From the NCBI GenBank assembly GCA_965140445.1, contig OZ223236.1, forward strand, positions 2,562,010 through 2,626,009: DNA of 64,000 bases, in the 5' to 3' direction. The translations under genes were made by a program, and so were the position numbers. Numbering within the stretch: the first letter of the stretch is position 1; every line of letters starts with the position of its first letter. Positions 55,910 to 64,000 of the stretch are shown piece after piece. The DNA is from Candidatus Ozemobacteraceae bacterium. GTDB taxonomy: Bacteria; Muiribacteriota; Ozemobacteria; Ozemobacterales; Ozemobacteraceae. A model generated the notes under the pieces. That model was not told the origin of the DNA. It ran no database searches and saw nothing but the letters and a program-made list of their open reading frames with translations.

Positions 55910-56515
55910 ATGAACAGATTTATCAAAAGGTTAACTTTTGCATTTAAAACTGTGGTTGGTATTTGGCTCTTTATAATACTGGCAATGGTTCTGTCTGGAT
56001 GCGCGGCAGAACGCGACAATCCTCTTGCTGTTGAGACATTAAACGGTGCACCTCCCAAACAAGAATCGGTTGCCATGGAGCTGGATGCTCGTGGTTTGCT
56101 AAATGGAAAGCTGGTTCCAAGTGGTGCAACTCCCTCAGATCTCACCAATAATGTAATTACTTATACCGGAAATTGGACACCAATTAAAAGCAGCAACAGT
56201 CCGGAATGGTATACCATGACCAGCGAAACGCCAGGTGCGCAGGTAGAAATCGTTGCCACATTGAGCCGTCTGGTTTTTGACTTTTGGGACTACGAATTTT
56301 ATCCAGATCCAGGCAATGTTTCATTTTTTATTGACGGAAAGCCGCTTGGTTCATTCCAATTGGCCCGCACTAGCGCAGATGGCAGAAAAATAACCGACTA
56401 TCAGATTTCCACACAAAAAAATACCGTGGCCACCATAACCATGAAGCTTAACTCCGGGCGTGTAACTATTTCAGGCTATCTGTTGTTGTTTCTCGATAAG
56501 AACTATCCCTATTAG
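55910..56515 (+). CDS. putative lipoprotein
   Basis: 201 aa; signal peptide ending in lipobox-like LSGC (WLFIILAMVLSGCAAE). Confidence 0.55.
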   Translation: MNRFIKRLTFAFKTVVGIWLFIILAMVLSGCAAERDNPLAVETLNGAPPKQESVAMELDARGLLNGKLVPSGATPSDLTNNVITYTGNWTPIKSSNSPEWYTMTSETPGAQVEIVATLSRLVFDFWDYEFYPDPGNVSFFIDGKPLGSFQLARTSADGRKITDYQISTQKNTVATITMKLNSGRVTISGYLLLFLDKNYPY

Positions 56516-56631
56516 GGAAAACCATTATTTGCCGCCAGCTATTAGGTGGATTTGTAGCTTTTTGTTATTTAGCGGTTTTCAAGCTAATTTATTGAAGTGA
56601 AATAATGCGCGTATCCAGTTTACTTAAATAA

Positions 56632-59583
56632 TTAAATTAGTTCGATAATCTCAAAAATTGGTTGTTTCTGTTTTTTGCCTTTTATCTCAATGTCGCCTAG
56701 ATTGCTGCAATTGGCATATTCTCCAATTGCTTTTTCTGTAGCCATTGACACTAGGATATATGTTGATTTTCCCAGCTTATGAATTGATTTTAATCGTGCC
56801 GCCATGTTTACTGTGTCACCAATAACAGTAAAATCCAATTTGCCAGTATGAGAGCCTATTTTACCTGATATGAGGCGACCTGTTGAAATTCCAGAATGGC
56901 ATGAAAACCTATCAGCAGTTATCTTTTTTAAAGTTAATGAAATTTCTAAAGCACTTTTACATGCATTGATAGCGTGATTACCTTTTTTGAAAACTACCAT
57001 CAAACTACCTTCTACAATTTTGTCTATTACCCCGTGATTTGCTCCGCATATTTTTGAAACAATTGATACGAATTGATTTAACAACTCAATAACTTGATTT
57101 GCTTCTTGTTCTTCGGAGAAGCTTTCAAAATTATCAATTTCACAAAATAAAATTGTCGCTTCAATTAAGTCGCCACCAGGTTTCAAATCTTCTTTACCCA
57201 TGTTTTCCATGTCTGCAAGAACATCTTTTGATACAAATTTTTCTAACTGCTCTTTTTGTGCAATATCTTTAGCCATTTCATTAAATGAGTCTGCAAGTTC
57301 TTCAAATTCGTCACCAGTATTTAATTGGCATCTATATTCAAGATTGTTGTTGGCAATATGCTGCAACTGTTTTGATATTATCTTGACTGGTCTTACATAG
57401 AACAACTGGGCAAGCAGTAATACGAATACAAATAGAATAACAAGGTAAACAACAATTTTAGCCGTAGATTTAAAAAAATCATTAACCATCTTCTTTTGTG
57501 GTGTTGCCGTCACTATACCAATGTAATTGAAATCTAGAATAGGTTCTATGCGCTTATAAACCGCACCTTCTTCCCATTGGACAGGAGTTTTCAATTTTAA
57601 AGATAAAGCAATTTGCTGGTGTTCCAGTGGGGTTAATTTTCTACTATTTATGTCGTATTTTCCTGTTTTGGCATTTTTTATGGAATAAGTAAAATCAATT
57701 TCATAGCCACTAAACACCTCTGACATCTCGCTCTTAACTTCTTTTAATGAGAAAAAGTCAGTTGCTAGTTTTTGCAAAGAATACATAATTTGGATGTATC
57801 CGGAAGGGGTGTTATGCTGATCATAGGTAAGAATATTTGCAAATTTGGTATTTGGCGACGATTTTTTTAGTGAAACCATTTCTCCTATGTGCCCAAGTGT
57901 GATTCTTTGTGAAGACTGGGTTTTTCTATAATTTCCAATTATTTTGTTTGCTAAACTACCTGTATCGGTTTTTTTATTGTTCATTGAATCCAAAAAAAAC
58001 GAACCAAAAATTATCGCTGGCTCATCTGTCGCATTGCCACCTTTTAGCTCTGGATTTGTTGATTGAGCTATCATAGGCTTTTCTACATTCGCCATATGAA
58101 ATAAAATTGTATCTGCGCCTACACGCGTTAACCATTTTTCAAAATACTTTTGAAGGCTTTCATTTCCATTTTTTAAAATCTTTTGGACTGTTATTCCCAA
58201 CTCAAGGTTTTGAATTTCTTTTTTTCTGAGAATATTGCTAAAAGCCTTTTTGATTTCGAGTGATTTATTTTCCATCGTGTGTTTTAAAAGAGATTTTTCA
58301 ATAGATGATGAAAATTTGCCATACAAGTTTCCAGTAAAGAAAAGAATTGCAACCGGCAAAATCAATGTAAAACAAATGCCTAGCATAATTTTGCCTTTAA
58401 TCGGCATTGAGAAGTTAAAACCAAAAATACTTAGTCCAAATATCACCACAGAACCCAGAATGAATAGCAATAAAAATATAAACTTTATGGTTTTAAGATG
58501 ACTGTAGAAAGGTGGTCGCAAATCTTTTTTATTTACGCTCACCCTAAGCAGTGGAATGTTGCTTTTGAGTTTTCTCAATCCGTTTGGGGCAAGCAGCCCC
58601 CCTTGAGATAAAAAAACAATAAATGATTGGGGTACAATTGCGTCTAGATGTATTTTTTCTTCATCTTCTAAAATCTTATCTGTTCCCAAAGCCTCCATTT
58701 GTTCCACAATTTCAGTCTCTTCAATCCGAACATTAGAATTTATTACACTTCTATTTAGCAATGGACTAAATGGTTTTCTACACGCATTTTTTATTATCAA
58801 CTTTGCAGGGATATCTTTTAACCTGATAATCGCCAGATAACCACCCAGGTTTGATTTTTTTCCATCTTTTGTACAAGTTGCTTCTGAAAAATAGAATAAG
58901 GTTTTACCGATTTCGCCTATTTTAGAAGAAATGCTTTCACTTGCTTTCTTATTTTTCAGCTGTATTTGATCAATGTTTCCAAAAATCGTTTTAAGGAAAA
59001 AGGCTGAATCCAAAACGGCCTTATCTTTTTTGACTTGCTTCAAATAGCTTAACAAGCTGTCTGAAGTAGATTTATGTTTCAAGATTTTTGCAGTTGATTG
59101 ATTATTCAACAACCCAAAGAATCTTTCCAGTAATATGTTTGGCGGCTTTCTTATTTTACTATTTTTAAGATGACTTCCCTGGGTAAAACTTATTGATTTT
59201 GTATCTGGACCATAATAAAAAAGCCCAGCAACTTTAAGTTGGGTGAATTTTTCAAGTTCGGTAAGTAAAATTTTAGCATCGAGTTTTTCAAATTTCTCTA
59301 CTAACGCTTTGTCTCTTGAAAAATCCTTAAACCCGAATTGCAGATCAAATTTGTTTAACAAATTTTCAATAAAGACTTTTGGCATAACGTCTTCTTTGAA
59401 TTTTTGAATTTCAAGATTAATTTTGGGCTTAATCTCTCGCAATTCGTTTTTAAGAGAAAAATCAGCAAAAGCAATCAAAGAGTAATATGAAATTAACAGG
59501 GGAATAGAAAGCAATAGCAACCAGATACTCAAGGCTAAGGTTGTTGATATTTTGCTTTTTGAGGATAATGTACTATTTCTCAT
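56632..59583 (-). CDS. membrane sensor class III adenylate/guanylate cyclase (extracytoplasmic sensor + HAMP + cyclase domain)
   Basis: 983 aa; two TM segments flanking a large N-terminal sensor region; C-terminal cyclase domain (ILFCEIDNFESF...VIGDTVNMAARL). Confidence 0.85.
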   Translation of the reverse strand: MRNSTLSSKSKISTTLALSIWLLLLSIPLLISYYSLIAFADFSLKNELREIKPKINLEIQKFKEDVMPKVFIENLLNKFDLQFGFKDFSRDKALVEKFEKLDAKILLTELEKFTQLKVAGLFYYGPDTKSISFTQGSHLKNSKIRKPPNILLERFFGLLNNQSTAKILKHKSTSDSLLSYLKQVKKDKAVLDSAFFLKTIFGNIDQIQLKNKKASESISSKIGEIGKTLFYFSEATCTKDGKKSNLGGYLAIIRLKDIPAKLIIKNACRKPFSPLLNRSVINSNVRIEETEIVEQMEALGTDKILEDEEKIHLDAIVPQSFIVFLSQGGLLAPNGLRKLKSNIPLLRVSVNKKDLRPPFYSHLKTIKFIFLLLFILGSVVIFGLSIFGFNFSMPIKGKIMLGICFTLILPVAILFFTGNLYGKFSSSIEKSLLKHTMENKSLEIKKAFSNILRKKEIQNLELGITVQKILKNGNESLQKYFEKWLTRVGADTILFHMANVEKPMIAQSTNPELKGGNATDEPAIIFGSFFLDSMNNKKTDTGSLANKIIGNYRKTQSSQRITLGHIGEMVSLKKSSPNTKFANILTYDQHNTPSGYIQIMYSLQKLATDFFSLKEVKSEMSEVFSGYEIDFTYSIKNAKTGKYDINSRKLTPLEHQQIALSLKLKTPVQWEEGAVYKRIEPILDFNYIGIVTATPQKKMVNDFFKSTAKIVVYLVILFVFVLLLAQLFYVRPVKIISKQLQHIANNNLEYRCQLNTGDEFEELADSFNEMAKDIAQKEQLEKFVSKDVLADMENMGKEDLKPGGDLIEATILFCEIDNFESFSEEQEANQVIELLNQFVSIVSKICGANHGVIDKIVEGSLMVVFKKGNHAINACKSALEISLTLKKITADRFSCHSGISTGRLISGKIGSHTGKLDFTVIGDTVNMAARLKSIHKLGKSTYILVSMATEKAIGEYANCSNLGDIEIKGKKQKQPIFEIIELI

Positions 59584-62488
59584 TTTTTATCTCATAAACT
59601 AGCCCATGCTTGTCTAACTCAAACTCATCTAACAAATATAGATCAGAAACCTTTTTTGCTACGCATGAATCAATAATAATTTTTGTATGTTTTCCGTCTT
59701 TTGACGCAGCTTCAAGATCATTCGCCTTTTTTATTGGTCTTCCGGTGATAGTAAATTCAAGATACTCGCCACTGTCTCCAACATTTCCTGAGATGATCTC
59801 GCCATGGGAAATCCCAACGCCATTTTCTACGGTAATTAATCTATTTTTTTCTCTTTCAGAGTTAAATAAAGTTAAAGACTGCCTCATTGTCACTGCAGCT
59901 TTACAAGCGTTTAACATAGTATTTTCATTTTCTTTCGTTGGGTAAAAAACAGCAATAATCGCATCGCCTATAAATTTATCTATCACTCCACCATTACTTA
60001 TAATTGCTGCCTCCATCAACGTAAAATATTCGTTTAAAAGAGCAACAATAACTTCCGGTTCGCAGGTTTCTGTTATAGATGTAAAGCCTCTAATATCGCT
60101 ACATAATACTGTTGCATGATTGCTTTCACCTTTACAATTTTCAACATTATCATTTTCTTTCAAAGTGGAGAGAAGCTTTTCAGAAACAAATCTGGAAATA
60201 TTCTTTCTCATTTGGAGCTCTGATGTCATATTATTAAAAATTAAACCCATTTCTTCTATTTCATCTTTTGTATTTATTGAAACTTTGGTCAAAAAATCAT
60301 GCTCTTTTCTTATTTGTTCCGCTCCTCTGTACAACGTGCGAATTGGAGAATTGAACAAACTGGACATTGCTTCTGCCATCAATACAAGTATTATCAACGA
60401 CATAACACCCATAAAGGCAGGTAAAAAAAGAAATAAAGAATGCAATTTCATTTCTTTGCCTATGTCTGCCATTGCCGAAAAAACAAATTTTGAATTGCCG
60501 TAATATCTCCATTCGGTAAGCATTTTTCCGTTATTTGTAGAAACTATCTTGCGTCCAGACACCCTGTCTCTAATAGTTTCTTTGGCGAAATTAACCAACT
60601 CCACTTTGTCCAGGTTTCCAAGAAAATAGCCTAGTTTTCCTTGATCAAGAAATAAAACTGAAATCCTACTTGTTCCAACAATTCCATCTTTATGGATATC
60701 AAAAAAGCTATAATATTTTTCTACATTTTTTAACAAAGCTGATATCACCAAATCAATAGCAAACTGCAGAAAAGAAGCTGCAAATACTGACTTTCCAGGT
60801 TTATTGTCTTTATAGAGATTGAAAACACTTGTATTTTTTGTGTTAATTTCCACAGGGCTTATCTCAATTTCTGATTCAGCAGCCAGAATTCTAGGGTTAT
60901 CTATCAAGTCTAGATAATCACCAGCCAGGCCTGTTGTCATTTGAACGACTTTTATTAAATGTTTAGTCTTAGATGACTTTTTGTCTAAGACGCCTAGATT
61001 TGATAACGCCTTAATTCCAAGAGAAATATGAATTGGATTAGGCCTACTTTTAGTGGGCTTAACAATTATGTTTCCCGAGTTATCCAGAATGAAAAATTTG
61101 GGAACCAAACCATAGCCAGATGGAAATTTTTCAGAAACAGGTGGCTTATAATTATTTTCAAACAATTTCTTTGTTAATTGCTTTTTCAGCTCAAGACAAA
61201 ATATAGTTTGTCGACAATTTGCCTCATAAAAAATTCGCTCGAATTGGTCAAGCTTTCCAGAAACTATTGAGATCGCATTGTTTAGATGAAATTTATCTAT
61301 CTGCTGATAAATCAAAAATGAGAAAAGACTGGTAAATAACATCGGAAAAATAGCTACACTAAAAACAATCAACATGAACTTTCGTCTCAAACTGATTGAA
61401 ATTGTATTTTTGAATAAAATGCCTCTTATCCACAAAAAGAAAACAAACAACAAAATGCATCTGTTTGAGAAACTGAAAACAGGAATCAAAGTATTCAAAT
61501 TTGATTTCAGCAAATTTGCATCGATAGTTATGGCTATTCTTTGTTTTGGGCTTACAATAAATTTTTCGTTACTATTTAATCTACTCTGAGTATAAATAAC
61601 TCGAACAAGATCTGGTGGCAAAAATGAAGATACTGATGATCTGGAATCCTGTAAATTTGATGTTAAAATCCGTTTCGCTCCCTGAAACGGATTTTTGTTC
61701 AACACATTTTCAAGCAGTTTTGAAACGTTGATGTCAGATTCGAGAACTCCAAAAATAAAGGCCCCATGGATTCTACCCTGGGAAACTATTGGAGCAGAAT
61801 AAACAAACACTCTTTGTTGTTTAAATATAGTCGTATAGTAACTGTTGCAAGTGTTTGGGGTAGGGAGTGTGTTGGCAAATTTGCCAAATACTTTGAATGT
61901 TTTATCTACTATTTTTTCCCAATCATAATTGGAAAAAATAAAAGTGTTTTGAAGAACTTCATAAAAATCAAACTTACGAATATGCGGTAGAGAAATAAGC
62001 CATCTACAGTGTTCTGGAAAGTTATATAAAGTGGTCAAAGCCATAAGAAAATCAAATCCATTATCTAAAGAAGCCTTATTGGTAAAACGTTTCGAATAAT
62101 TTTTGTAAATATTGCTGAAGCTTCTATCTGCTGCAATTAAAAAAAATGGCTTCACACCATATTTTTCTTTTAAGGTTTTATGACAATTCTTGCCAAAATT
62201 GAATGGATCAAATTCTTCAGGATTTGTAATATACCTGGCAAAAATATCTGCCATAGCATTGTTTACATAGGCTGGTGTGGTTAAATCAGATTGAAAATCA
62301 ATAATTCCTTGAGTTAGGTTTTCTTTGACAGTTGCTTGCAAAGCACTTTCATGTTTATCAATCTCATTTTTGAGCTGTTGTTGAACCAAGAAAAGAGGTA
62401 GACAAAGAACTGCAAGCATGACTATTGCAATAGCTGAAATTAGCGAGTTATAACCAATTCCAGATTCTGTTGTCTGATGAATACCCAA
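59573..62488 (-). CDS. membrane sensor class III adenylate/guanylate cyclase (paralogue of downstream gene)
   Basis: 971 aa; same architecture, cyclase motifs VLCSDIRGFTS...FIGDAIIAVF; TTG start per track; 11-bp overlap with downstream paralogue. Confidence 0.85.
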   Translation of the reverse strand: MGIHQTTESGIGYNSLISAIAIVMLAVLCLPLFLVQQQLKNEIDKHESALQATVKENLTQGIIDFQSDLTTPAYVNNAMADIFARYITNPEEFDPFNFGKNCHKTLKEKYGVKPFFLIAADRSFSNIYKNYSKRFTNKASLDNGFDFLMALTTLYNFPEHCRWLISLPHIRKFDFYEVLQNTFIFSNYDWEKIVDKTFKVFGKFANTLPTPNTCNSYYTTIFKQQRVFVYSAPIVSQGRIHGAFIFGVLESDINVSKLLENVLNKNPFQGAKRILTSNLQDSRSSVSSFLPPDLVRVIYTQSRLNSNEKFIVSPKQRIAITIDANLLKSNLNTLIPVFSFSNRCILLFVFFLWIRGILFKNTISISLRRKFMLIVFSVAIFPMLFTSLFSFLIYQQIDKFHLNNAISIVSGKLDQFERIFYEANCRQTIFCLELKKQLTKKLFENNYKPPVSEKFPSGYGLVPKFFILDNSGNIIVKPTKSRPNPIHISLGIKALSNLGVLDKKSSKTKHLIKVVQMTTGLAGDYLDLIDNPRILAAESEIEISPVEINTKNTSVFNLYKDNKPGKSVFAASFLQFAIDLVISALLKNVEKYYSFFDIHKDGIVGTSRISVLFLDQGKLGYFLGNLDKVELVNFAKETIRDRVSGRKIVSTNNGKMLTEWRYYGNSKFVFSAMADIGKEMKLHSLFLFLPAFMGVMSLIILVLMAEAMSSLFNSPIRTLYRGAEQIRKEHDFLTKVSINTKDEIEEMGLIFNNMTSELQMRKNISRFVSEKLLSTLKENDNVENCKGESNHATVLCSDIRGFTSITETCEPEVIVALLNEYFTLMEAAIISNGGVIDKFIGDAIIAVFYPTKENENTMLNACKAAVTMRQSLTLFNSEREKNRLITVENGVGISHGEIISGNVGDSGEYLEFTITGRPIKKANDLEAASKDGKHTKIIIDSCVAKKVSDLYLLDEFELDKHGLVYEIKNEK

Positions 62489-62695
62489 CCTCTGCCCCTA
62501 TGAATGCATATATCTAATTTAACATACAAAACTGGAATTTTTTTAATTCACTTGGCTAGAAGACAGATTTAAATAAAAAATTAGGAAGATTCGATTTGTC
62601 AGAGCCAGAAAGCGTTTTCTTATGCGCGCTTTAAAGCTTAATGCAACATTTTTTCTCTAAAATTATCGTTTGAAATGACTAACGCTGGTTTCTCG

Positions 62696-63694
62696 TTACC
62701 TTTTTGCCCAATCGCAATATCTAACTTTTTCCACTTTATTCGTCCAGATGTAACCGACAAAACCCTCAGGAATTTTTGCCAAATCTTCTTGTGAATCGAA
62801 GCCCTCAGACCATTTTCCGTCTCCATTCACAAGAACAACCCGGGTATTAACAGACTTCATTCTCTGCTGGAACTTTGTAGGCCACCCCCAAAGCAACCTG
62901 GCAAATTTCAGTGGGATAAAAAACTGCGAATTTCGAATAGTCTCTGGTATGTATCCGGTCCAGCCCAAGAGAATATAAGAAATAAAACTGTTTTTTAAGG
63001 TTTTCATTGATAGTATTCCAATACTGGGGATACATCTTTTCACAGTCGTGACAGCTCTGTGATCACCGTAAACTACAAACTTCTGTATTTCATTTTTCCC
63101 TAAATTGGCAAGAACATCCGCTAGAATTTTGCCCATTTTCTCGTCGCCTTCTTTGATATGGATAAGAAAGCTCTTTCTTGGAAATGCCTCAAGCAATTCT
63201 TCAACAGAAACCAACAGGCCAACTCCTTTGCCACGGAGAGGATAGGTTTTTCCCCCGTCGGCAGTATAGCCATAACCCACGTCCAGTTTACGCAGTTCAG
63301 CCATCGTATAGCTTGCAACAAGCCCACTTGCATTTGTTCTGTAATCTAAAAGATAGTCGTGGAAAACGGCTAATTGATTATCCTTGGTTAACCGAACATC
63401 AAACTCAACCATATCAGCTCCAGCCTCAAACGCTGCATTTACAGAAGGTATTGTGTTCTCAATAAATTCATGCTCTGGTTTGTAAATCATTGCAGCAGTG
63501 TTTGAGTTCCACTTGAGTCCTTTTATAGGAAAAGTTTGTGCAACATCTCTATGGGCAAGAAGTTTGGGTTTCCCCGGGAGAGGGCTGGAAAGCATTGAAG
63601 TGTTGTTGAGGAAGATAAAGGCTAATAAAGCAATAAGGGAAATCGCAACCCGATAGATCCAGGCTCTGGCTTTATTAATTATTTTATTTTTCAT
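62696..63694 (-). CDS. glycerophosphodiester phosphodiesterase family protein
   Basis: 332 aa; N-terminal signal/TM; GDPD motifs (LLAHRD...ENTIPSVNAAFEAGADMVEFDVRLTKDNQLAVFHD). Confidence 0.8.
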   Translation of the reverse strand: MKNKIINKARAWIYRVAISLIALLAFIFLNNTSMLSSPLPGKPKLLAHRDVAQTFPIKGLKWNSNTAAMIYKPEHEFIENTIPSVNAAFEAGADMVEFDVRLTKDNQLAVFHDYLLDYRTNASGLVASYTMAELRKLDVGYGYTADGGKTYPLRGKGVGLLVSVEELLEAFPRKSFLIHIKEGDEKMGKILADVLANLGKNEIQKFVVYGDHRAVTTVKRCIPSIGILSMKTLKNSFISYILLGWTGYIPETIRNSQFFIPLKFARLLWGWPTKFQQRMKSVNTRVVLVNGDGKWSEGFDSQEDLAKIPEGFVGYIWTNKVEKVRYCDWAKR

Positions 63695-64000
63695 CTTCTT
63701 TTCTCTTAAGGTATATGCATACTCACGCTTTTCAGGACTTTTGGTTTTCTTCTTTGCGTATTATTTTAGCTGCTACTCAGCAGAAATGTTTGAGCTGTCC
63801 TAATTGCTGCTAAGGTATTTCAGTATACTTTGCTCAACCTTGTCTAAAGGTTGTGGAGATCGATTTGCAGGACTTGAGCCTGAATCGTTGAACCAGGTAA
63901 TCTGGGCTGATTTGACCGGTAAAGCTCCGAAGCTGCCGTTTAGAACTCTGAAGCTATTATTGGGTGCAGTTTTCAGAAAAAGCAGAAACTGGGTTTCTGA

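Noticed and set aside
56632-62488. Idea that the two class III cyclases form a Pycsar/CBASS-like cyclic-nucleotide defence system
   Set aside because: Both are large multi-TM sensor cyclases of the housekeeping signalling type; no small effector (TIR, TM or nuclease) is adjacent and there is no mobile-element context.
1-64000. Search for tRNA, rRNA and CRISPR arrays
   Set aside because: By eye I found no T-loop-like GGTTCGAATCC motifs within cloverleaf-sized inverted repeats, no rRNA-like conserved blocks and no regularly spaced direct repeats with unique spacers. A tRNAscan or CRISPR-finder run would be needed to confirm absence.

Overview
The window splits into two parts. Positions 1-15.4 kb are the right-hand late region of a tailed prophage, all on the + strand: a capsid-module gene C-terminus, head/neck genes, a putative major tail protein, a tail assembly chaperone with a -1 slippery site, a tape measure protein, tail/baseplate/fibre genes, and a lysis cassette with an Amidase_3 endolysin. 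Two strong intrinsic terminators close this block, followed by a ~250 bp AT-rich junction and a 59-codon radC 3' remnant whose stop overlaps the udk stop. The remaining ~48 kb is low-GC bacterial chromosome: udk, tkt, a STAS / GAF-GGDEF / TehB-like / HAMP-PP2C / ychF signalling cluster, a NupC-family transporter, an MscK-like channel, a VIT-vWA protein, the conserved infC-rpmI-rplT-trmH-pheS-pheT block, nhaC, a pseudopilin operon, a Ser/Gln-repeat secreted protein, hydG with a TM1266-like regulator and an aspA-like lyase, sppA, an OYE-family reductase, a DUF2156-like protein, a lipoprotein, two tandem sensor class III nucleotidyl cyclases and a glycerophosphodiester phosphodiesterase. No rRNA, tRNA or CRISPR array was seen by eye. 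I could not recognise a canonical defence system. The items most worth a second look are the radC-remnant attachment-site hypothesis, the signal-peptide-bearing proteins inside the tail-fibre module, the orphan hydG cluster, the pseudopilin operon with its 845-aa protein, and the Ser/Gln-repeat surface protein with upstream direct repeats. All product calls rest on motif recognition by eye, not database searches. Several ORF-track starts are TTG/GTG longest-ORF extensions; I moved starts only where an ATG with a Shine-Dalgarno-like motif was visible.
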